A stretch of 64,000 nucleotides of DNA from Anaerolineales bacterium (GTDB lineage Bacteria > Chloroflexota > Anaerolineae > Caldilineales > Caldilineaceae), in assembly GCA_034421855.1 (NCBI GenBank), contig DAOUKB010000046.1, positions 726 to 64,725 of the forward strand. The letters are read 5' to 3'. The notes below the pieces were generated by a model that was not told the DNA's origin, ran no database searches, and saw nothing but the letters and a program-made list of their open reading frames with translations. Position 1 is the first letter of the stretch. Each line of letters begins with the position of its first letter. Shown in pieces: positions 57,536 to 64,000 of the stretch. The position numbers and the translations under genes were made by a program.

Positions 57536-58825
57536 CTATCGCGCTATGAGAGAAATATCTCCCACATAGATATCGTAGTCGTGGCCGCTGGCGTGCATCC
57601 GCACGTAGTCGATGCTTTCAGGACGGGTCAGGGACAACAGCCGCATCAGGTTGGACGACTCGTAGGCGTACCACGTGCCCGCCGGGATCTGCTCGCCGTT
57701 TTCGATCCAATAGTGCGGCAACGGGTCCAGGTAGAAGAAGCCATGTCCCCAAGCGCGTTTTTGTCCGTAAATATCGGTATACCCGATTTCGACCCGCAAG
57801 GGGAACTCGGAACTCAAGTCTCCGGCCCCGGGCAGACTCTGATGGTCGATGCGCAAATTGACGAGCAGGAACAGACTTGTGTTGAGGCCCACCGTACGAT
57901 CCACCTGCTGCCGCAATTCATACTGATTGTGCGCGTTGTCGCCGACCTGGCGCCAAAAGTGCACGGTCCAGCGGCCATCCCGGACCTCCCGCCGCATCGA
58001 AGGCGCAGGGACGTCGTTGGCCACGATGGCGGGCTCCCAGGCGGGCTCCAGAGGCTCCTGGAAAGACCCGTTGATCAGAATGTCGGTAGCCAGATCGTCC
58101 GTATGCACCGCCAGGTCGCTTTGGGAAAAGACAATCCGATGCCCCTCCTCCAACTGCAGCAACTGGCCCGATTCGGTTTCGATCCGGATCGAACCGTCCA
58201 AGGCATCCACTTCGGTTTTCGCGTCGTCCACCAGGATGCGGGCGATGCCATCGGCCAGGGAAACCCGACCTTGGGGCGTAGCGATTTGCATGGCGATGGA
58301 CAATCCCGCAGGCATGAGCGTGACTACCCGCACCTGTCCGGAATACAGCTTCAGATGCACGACGTGCGGGCGGCGGCTGCCTCGAAAAAAGGGGCGGCGC
58401 ACCCGGACGACTTCCAGATGCGTGCTGGACGACATTTGCAAAGAATTGAGCATGCCGCCCGAGGGCGACGCGAAAAGGCCCAGCACCCCTTGGGTGGCTT
58501 CCCGCGGGGTCACGAAGCGGCTGCCTTCCTCCAGATCTCTCAGGACCTGCGTAACGGCAATGGTGTCGGTACTGCCGTGATTGTTCACGTATATCGTGCC
58601 TAGGGCCGGCTGCAGCAACAGTTTGCCCTTTACTTGATAATTGCGATAAGCGAATATCGACCCTGCAATCGCCGCCGCCAACAGGATACAGAATGCGGCA
58701 AAAGAGGCCAGCGTCACGACCCAAGCCAACCGCAACGGATCGCCGCGCATTCTCCCTTGCAGCGTGGGCCCAGATTCAGACTCCCGGAATCCCTGCTCTG
58801 TTGCCGGTATCTGGATCGGATCCAT
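57536..58825 (-). CDS. Single-pass (N-in) membrane protein with a FecR-like extracytoplasmic domain
   Basis: 429 aa. About 33 cytoplasmic residues, then TM LAWVVTLASFAAFCILLAAAIAGSIFAY, then a beta-rich domain (..GQVRVVT.., ..GRVSLADGIARILVDD..). The family call is tentative. Confidence 0.6.
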   Translation of the reverse strand: MDPIQIPATEQGFRESESGPTLQGRMRGDPLRLAWVVTLASFAAFCILLAAAIAGSIFAYRNYQVKGKLLLQPALGTIYVNNHGSTDTIAVTQVLRDLEEGSRFVTPREATQGVLGLFASPSGGMLNSLQMSSSTHLEVVRVRRPFFRGSRRPHVVHLKLYSGQVRVVTLMPAGLSIAMQIATPQGRVSLADGIARILVDDAKTEVDALDGSIRIETESGQLLQLEEGHRIVFSQSDLAVHTDDLATDILINGSFQEPLEPAWEPAIVANDVPAPSMRREVRDGRWTVHFWRQVGDNAHNQYELRQQVDRTVGLNTSLFLLVNLRIDHQSLPGAGDLSSEFPLRVEIGYTDIYGQKRAWGHGFFYLDPLPHYWIENGEQIPAGTWYAYESSNLMRLLSLTRPESIDYVRMHASGHDYDIYVGDISLIAR

Positions 58826-58928
58826 AACTAGCCAAAGCGGCGCGCGGCGCCTTTCCTACGCAAGCCAAACCCCACGGGCCATGCCTGAATACTGAACATG
58901 GCGCGAGACCGCGGGCGGCAGGCCGCGG

Positions 58929-59858
58929 TTATCCGCCGGCGGTCTCGTCATCGACCTGTTGATGCTCCAAGGCCTGCCATACGGCCTCCTGTTGTTCCGG
59001 ATCGTCCGACTCGGCAGCCAACAGCAGACCCTCGTACGCGGTGGGACCGCCCAGCCACCCTAGAGCCTCGATGGCGGCAATCCGCAGCCGACTGTCCGAT
59101 TCCAGTTCGATAATGCTCAGACTGAGGTCTCGGAAGCTTTCCAATCCCAACAGGCCGCCGGCCTGGACTGCCGCCCTGCGCACCGCCCCGGACTGATCGT
59201 CGAATGCTTCCAGCAGGAAATCTTCCCAATGCGCCTCGCGACTGCGGCCCATCGCGACCAAGGCGCTGACGCGCAGTTCCTCCAGATCCGACCGATAGGC
59301 TTCAGGCAGCAACAGCATGTAGATGGGACCCGGACTGTAACCCAGACTTTCCAGGGCAATGCATTGCAATGCAAGCGACTGGTCGGTATCGGCAATCAGC
59401 CGGGCCAAGATTTCCCGGATGCGCATCACCACGCCTTCCGCCCAGAAACGCGTCTCGCCGACCTGCAGGAATCGGCCCAAGGCCTGGACCGCGCTCCGGC
59501 GTACCGCATCGGATGCGTCATGCGACGCGATCAGCTCCAAATGCGGCAAGGCGTCGGGATATACGTCCAAGCTCAGACCTTCGACGGCCAACTCGCGGAC
59601 CAAGGCCGCAGGGTCGGTCAACAGATGCAGGAAAAAAGCCTTGAACTGCAATGTGCGACTGCTGCGCAGCAGGTGCAGGCAGCCGCGCGCCGCCTGGACG
59701 CGCCGCCGGCTGGAAATCAACAGCCAGAAATCCTGCAGTTCCGCCAACTCGGCTTCACTCAGGTCGGCCAAGGCATGGAGATTGCCGATCCGGACGGGCC
59801 CCGCACCCGACACGAGTTCATACATCAGTTCGTCGACCGTATAGATGGTGGTGTCCAT
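58929..59858 (-). CDS. HEAT-repeat protein
   Basis: Recurrent D..VR..A..ALG units (DASDAVRRSAVQALGRF, SGAVRRAAVQAGGLLG, DSRLRIAAIEALGWLG). Confidence 0.72.
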   Translation of the reverse strand: MDTTIYTVDELMYELVSGAGPVRIGNLHALADLSEAELAELQDFWLLISSRRRVQAARGCLHLLRSSRTLQFKAFFLHLLTDPAALVRELAVEGLSLDVYPDALPHLELIASHDASDAVRRSAVQALGRFLQVGETRFWAEGVVMRIREILARLIADTDQSLALQCIALESLGYSPGPIYMLLLPEAYRSDLEELRVSALVAMGRSREAHWEDFLLEAFDDQSGAVRRAAVQAGGLLGLESFRDLSLSIIELESDSRLRIAAIEALGWLGGPTAYEGLLLAAESDDPEQQEAVWQALEHQQVDDETAGG

Positions 59859-59886
59859 GTTCCTGCCGGCGAGCCGAACTGAGCCC

Positions 59887-60225
59887 CTAGGCGTGCCACA
59901 GAATGAAGATTACGGCGACGGTAGTCAAGGTAGGGATGAGCCAAGGCAGACGCCGGGGGGAAGGTCGCAGCTCATGCCCGCAAGACCGACATACCAGCAG
60001 CTCGGACGTCTGGAAGGTCCGACAAGCAGGACAACGCGTACGCGGCGCCGCGTAGCGCAAAGCGTGACCGCAGACTCGGCATTTGGCGCTGGCCGCGTAA
60101 TTCAGACTTCCACACCAAGAACACGCGTACCGCCGGCCTATCCTTTCCCCAGCCGGATCAGGACCGAAACGCTCGGGTTGCGCCTCGTGGGCAACAGGAG
60201 ACGCCTCCGGGGCCTCTGGCGGCAT
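59887..60225 (-). CDS. Double zinc-ribbon protein with a C-terminal tail-anchor TM helix
   Basis: 112 aa. Four CxxC knuckles (CSWC..CRVC, CPAC..CRSC), then LPWLIPTLTTVAVIFILW at the extreme C-terminus. The start is 2 nt after the rseP stop. Confidence 0.65.
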   Translation of the reverse strand: MPPEAPEASPVAHEAQPERFGPDPAGERIGRRYACSWCGSLNYAASAKCRVCGHALRYAAPRTRCPACRTFQTSELLVCRSCGHELRPSPRRLPWLIPTLTTVAVIFILWHA

Positions 60226-60227
60226 CG

Positions 60228-61583
60228 CTATCGCCCCAACATCTCGTACCAGTCGATTCCCGGCTGCGGCGAGGTCACGTCCTGAATGGTAATGAAGACC
60301 ATCATGAGCAAGAGCAAGGCCATGCCCACTACGTGCACCAGCTTTTCCCGAGACGGTTCTATCCGTTTGCGGCGCACCATTTCAACCACTACAAAGAGCA
60401 GACGCCCTCCATCCAAGGCCGGGATGGGCAGCAGATTGATGACCGCCAAGGCGGAACTGAGAGCTCCCGACAGGCGTAGAATGGGCAGCCACAGGCCTGT
60501 ACTCGTAGTCACCTCCACGGCATCTCCCACCAAACCGGCAATCCCTACGGGCCCGATCAATGCCGCATCCGCGGGGTCCGCTTGGCCGCGGATGATTTGG
60601 GCCGGCAAAGTCGCCAAGGTACGGATATGCATTAGAGTATCCGCCATCCCCAGCGCCAAGAAGTACGGAGCGCGCACGTATCCGATTTCGCTGACGGAGC
60701 GAATCGTAACCCCCAGCGGTCCTTCGCCGGCAGGAGGGTCCGGCCGCGGCACCACCTGCGTGGTGACGAATCGACCGTCCCGCAAAACCACCAGCGGCAC
60801 CTGCTGGCCGAGATGCCGGCTCGTCAAATGCACCAAATCTTCCATCTGAAGATAGAACGGAGAACCCGCCAGGGAATAGATCCGGTCGCCCGCTTGCAAC
60901 CCGGCCGCTTCGGCCGGACTGCCCGCAACCACCCGGCCGATCTGAATACCGAGTACTGCCTGATGCTCCGTACCGGCCAAAACGGTGGCAGGCGTTGCCG
61001 TCTCCGCTACAGGCAGGGATACGAGTTCCCCGTCGCGCATCAAGGCAATCTGTCCCGTGGGCGACTCCGAGGGGGCGCGGGCCTGCAACCTGACGCGGGA
61101 GGCAGTAAAGGGAGTGATCTGGGCCTTCGTCCCATTGACATCCAGCAGAATGTCCCCAGGCGCCAAAGCGTAGCCGGCAGCCACGGACTGCGCAGGTACC
61201 TGACTCAACTCGGGCAACCCCACGGCCACAGGCACCCCGACGCGATAGGTTAGGGCAAAGCAGAAGCAGGCCAGCAGCAGATTCATCACGGAACCGGCTA
61301 TCAGAATGGCAATTTTGCGCCCTCCGGACGCCGCAGTGAAGGAATCGGATCCCGCGTCTTCTTCGTCTAGGCCCTTGAGACGCGCAAATCCACCAAACGG
61401 AATCCAGTTGAGCGTGAAATCCGTACCTTGGAAGCGGAAGAGTTTCACAAGCCGCGGCGGATACCCCATGCCGAATTCTTCGACTCGCACCTTGGACAGG
61501 CGGGCGATCAAGTAATGTCCCAACTCGTGGACAAAGATGATGACACCCAGCACCAGAAAGAATCCGGCCAAACGCAAAATCAT
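60228..61583 (-). CDS. rseP: Site-2 (M50) intramembrane metalloprotease RseP/RasP
   Basis: IFVHELGHYLIARL (HExxH), PDZ region, and the second zinc motif region NLLPIPALDGG. Confidence 0.92.
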   Translation of the reverse strand: MILRLAGFFLVLGVIIFVHELGHYLIARLSKVRVEEFGMGYPPRLVKLFRFQGTDFTLNWIPFGGFARLKGLDEEDAGSDSFTAASGGRKIAILIAGSVMNLLLACFCFALTYRVGVPVAVGLPELSQVPAQSVAAGYALAPGDILLDVNGTKAQITPFTASRVRLQARAPSESPTGQIALMRDGELVSLPVAETATPATVLAGTEHQAVLGIQIGRVVAGSPAEAAGLQAGDRIYSLAGSPFYLQMEDLVHLTSRHLGQQVPLVVLRDGRFVTTQVVPRPDPPAGEGPLGVTIRSVSEIGYVRAPYFLALGMADTLMHIRTLATLPAQIIRGQADPADAALIGPVGIAGLVGDAVEVTTSTGLWLPILRLSGALSSALAVINLLPIPALDGGRLLFVVVEMVRRKRIEPSREKLVHVVGMALLLLMMVFITIQDVTSPQPGIDWYEMLGR

Positions 61584-61720
61584 GTCGAGTCAGCCTCGTT
61601 GGGTGTGCAGCCCGGTTCGTTTCCCCATATCGGCATCTGGAAGATGTCCATGTCTGCATTATATGTTCCAGACCCCGGACCCAGGGTTCTTGCCGCCTGC
61701 GCTGCGGCGGTCCGAACCAT

Positions 61721-62563
61721 TCAGCGGGATTGGATTATGCGAGTCCCCAGAATGTCGGCGGGACTGTCGAGGGCACGCTGCAAGGCGTGAGGAGGCCGGC
61801 CGTCGAAGATCAGGACTTCGGTCTCGGGACTGACCTCCACAATTTTCAAGGCTTGCACTACTTTGGACGCCATGCCGCCGGTACTGTCGATGCCGCGGCT
61901 GCCGCCGAGGCTGGCGGCGTATTGCGGCAGGGAGCTGCGGTCGATTTCCCGCACGATGTTGGTCTCGACGTCTCCCAGTTCCGATGCGTGCCAGATGCCT
62001 TTGACCTCTCCGGCCAGCAACACCTGCCGCGGACGCAAGTGGCCGGCCAGATGCCGAAAGACTTCCTCCGTGCTGGCTATCGACACCCCTTGGCGGGCAT
62101 CCAGCATGACGTCGCCGTGCACGACAGGGAGAATTCTCCGTTCCAACAGAGACCGGACGATGGCCACGTTCGGCGCGGGCTCGATGTGTCGGCAGGTGGA
62201 GCGCCAGCAGGCGCTGGGCGCGATCGTCCAGGCCGGCACTTGCAGAGCCAGCAGCCAAGCGGCCACCTGCCGGGCCAAACGCGCAACGGCGTCCGCAGTC
62301 AGGGCGGCGCCGTAGTGGCTGCCTCCGGGGGGGACACCGTGGGCCACGCCGTGTTCGAGAGCGGGAAAGTGGCCGAAACTGCCTGCTCCTACGCCGAGCA
62401 GCAACCGGATTTCAGAATGTCGAAAGTACCACTGGGCGATCTGCCGGACGAGTTGCCGCCCCAACCGCACCCGCAGCGCCGCGGGGCGGGTCTTGTCCGT
62501 GAGCAGAGACCCGCCCAGCTTCAAAAAAACCAATCGATGGGATCGAGAACGGGAAGAGGTCAT
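61721..62563 (-). CDS. Isopentenyl phosphate kinase-like (amino-acid-kinase fold)
   Basis: 280 aa from MTSSRS. LVFLKLGGSLLTDK, GVGAGSFGHF, VVHGDV, STGGMASKV. The ORF-track 474-aa version reads through selA out of frame. Confidence 0.72.
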   Translation of the reverse strand: MTSSRSRSHRLVFLKLGGSLLTDKTRPAALRVRLGRQLVRQIAQWYFRHSEIRLLLGVGAGSFGHFPALEHGVAHGVPPGGSHYGAALTADAVARLARQVAAWLLALQVPAWTIAPSACWRSTCRHIEPAPNVAIVRSLLERRILPVVHGDVMLDARQGVSIASTEEVFRHLAGHLRPRQVLLAGEVKGIWHASELGDVETNIVREIDRSSLPQYAASLGGSRGIDSTGGMASKVVQALKIVEVSPETEVLIFDGRPPHALQRALDSPADILGTRIIQSR

Positions 62564-63975
62564 GACTGGAGACAGTCTGCGATGGCTGCTTGCAGGACTG
62601 CGTCTTGATCCGGCAATACAGTGCGCAGATCCAGGCAAACCCGACTGCGGAATACGCGACTGACGACGGGGGGCATACCCGACCGCAGCTGGGCCGCCAC
62701 GGACTGTGGATCGTCCACCTGCAGAGCAATCCCGACGGAAGGCACGTCCAGGCCCGGCAGGCTGCCGCCCCCCACGGTTCCGGTCAACTCCACTATCGAT
62801 ACATGCGGACTGCGCGCGAGCCGACCGGTACAAATAGCCTCGGCCCGGGCCTGCAGCCGTTCCCGAGACTGCAGGCCCATGGCCAGCAGGGGAATTTCGG
62901 AAAGGGCCCGTTCGGTCAGATACAAGTCCAGCGTTGCGGTCAGGGCCGCCAGTCCCATCTTGTCCATCCGCAGAGCCCGCAACAAGGGATGACGCAGCAA
63001 GCGGGCAATCAAGTCCTTCCGGCCTACCACGATGCCGGCCTGCGGACCGCCCAGCATCTTGTCCCCGCTGAAGACCGTAAGGTGGACTCCCTGCGCCACG
63101 CTGGCGGCCACGGTCTGTTCCTGGCCCAGAGCCGACACCCCCCAATCTCCGAGATTACCGCTGCCCAGGTCATGCAGCAACAACAACTCCTGCCCCCTGG
63201 ATCGCCGTACTTCACGGACCAGGGCGGCCAAGTCGGCCAACGACGGCTGATGCACGAAGCCGCTCTGACGAAAATTGCTGGCATGGACGCACAGCAGGGC
63301 GGCGGTTCGCTCCGTGACGGCGGCCTGGTAATCCTTCGTGTAGGTGCGGTTGGTGGTACCTACCTCCACCAACCGCGCTCTGGACTCGCGCAGTATGTCC
63401 GGAATGCGGAATCCGCCCCCAATCTCCACGAGTTGGCCGCGGCTAATGACGACTTCCCGGTCCCGACACAAAGCCGACAGGATCAGCAGCAAGGCCGCGG
63501 CGTTGTTGTTGACGACTACCGCATCTTCGGCCCCTGTCAGTTTCTGCAATTGGTGTTTGCAGTGGCGATACCGATCGGACCGTTGGCCGGCAACGAGATC
63601 ATATTCCAGAGTGCTGTAACCGGCGGCCGTGTTTTGCACCGCCTGCAGCGCGGCGGCGCTGAGCGGAGCTCGGCCCAGATTGGTATGGATCAAGACTCCG
63701 GTGGCATTGACGACAGCCCGCAGCGTCGTGATGCTTTGGGCTTGCACCCAGGCCGAAGCCGCAATCAGCAACTCCTGCTCCACCACCTCGGAACACTCTC
63801 CGCGCAGGATCCGTTCGCGCCATAGCTGCAAGGCATGCCGCAAGCCGGCGGTCGTCAGCGAGCGGCCGGCCTGCAAGACGAGCTGCTGCATAGATTGCCG
63901 TTGCAACAGAGTCTGTACAGCCGGCAAATTTCGCAACAGCATTTGCTTCTTTTTCTTTACCGAGATGGAGGACAT
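62560..63975 (-). CDS. selA: L-seryl-tRNA(Sec) selenium transferase
   Basis: LRNLPAVQTLL, VVNATGVLIHTNLGRAPL, YSTLEYDL, VVNNNAAALLL, and the PLP lysine motif FSGDKMLGGPQAGIVVG. Confidence 0.92.
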   Translation of the reverse strand: MSSISVKKKKQMLLRNLPAVQTLLQRQSMQQLVLQAGRSLTTAGLRHALQLWRERILRGECSEVVEQELLIAASAWVQAQSITTLRAVVNATGVLIHTNLGRAPLSAAALQAVQNTAAGYSTLEYDLVAGQRSDRYRHCKHQLQKLTGAEDAVVVNNNAAALLLILSALCRDREVVISRGQLVEIGGGFRIPDILRESRARLVEVGTTNRTYTKDYQAAVTERTAALLCVHASNFRQSGFVHQPSLADLAALVREVRRSRGQELLLLHDLGSGNLGDWGVSALGQEQTVAASVAQGVHLTVFSGDKMLGGPQAGIVVGRKDLIARLLRHPLLRALRMDKMGLAALTATLDLYLTERALSEIPLLAMGLQSRERLQARAEAICTGRLARSPHVSIVELTGTVGGGSLPGLDVPSVGIALQVDDPQSVAAQLRSGMPPVVSRVFRSRVCLDLRTVLPDQDAVLQAAIADCLQS

Positions 63976-64000
63976 GACGGCACGGCATATCTATGTAATG

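Noticed and set aside
1-64000. CRISPR arrays, IS elements or transposases, toxin-antitoxin pairs, reverse transcriptases, known defence genes, rRNA, and in-frame-TGA selenoprotein candidates (searched for because selA is present)
   Set aside because: I found none on reading both strands. No pair of adjacent same-frame ORFs separated by a single TGA was evident. This was a visual inspection, not an exhaustive computation.

Overview
This is a GC-rich window (by eye low 60s %, not computed) that is densely coding. I call 54 protein genes, one tRNA-Gly(CCC), and a few regulatory sites. I saw no rRNA, CRISPR array, transposase, integrase or prophage genes.

The content is core chromosome:
- Respiration: a fused cytochrome b and a dihaem cytochrome c.
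- Amino-acid metabolism: hisZ-hisG, mtnP, a LysK/ArgE-type deacylase, thrC.
- tRNA and translation: cca, tyrS, trmB, selA.
- Lipid and isoprenoid: acpP, fabI, type-2 IDI, a polyprenyl synthase, an isopentenyl-phosphate-kinase-like gene.
- Carbon metabolism: a two-gene split PFOR, glgC plus a glgD-like gene, gnd, a lactonase, and a xylA/GH2/TIM-barrel sugar cluster.
- Stress and envelope: lexA, rseP, a TlpA-type thioredoxin, GT2/GT-C glycosylation genes, an O-antigen-ligase-like protein.

The combination of IPK + IDI2, LysK, HisZ + short HisG and a fused cytochrome b makes me guess a Chloroflexota-like organism. That is inference only.

I found no clear-cut novel system. The regions most worth a second look are:
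- a signal-peptide-less 1031-aa protein (glycosidase-like domain, five SH3b-like repeats, M23 peptidase) packed behind a GPH symporter and followed by a bare PP2C phosphatase and a mini P-loop protein;
- an unrecognisable two-gene pair at 50.1-52.2 kb;
- an rseP / zinc-ribbon tail-anchored protein / HEAT / FecR-like operon;
- a 745-nt gene-free gap at 4.7-5.4 kb.

All functional calls come from motif and family recognition by eye on the supplied ORF translations. No database search was run. Start codons are often uncertain by tens of nt.
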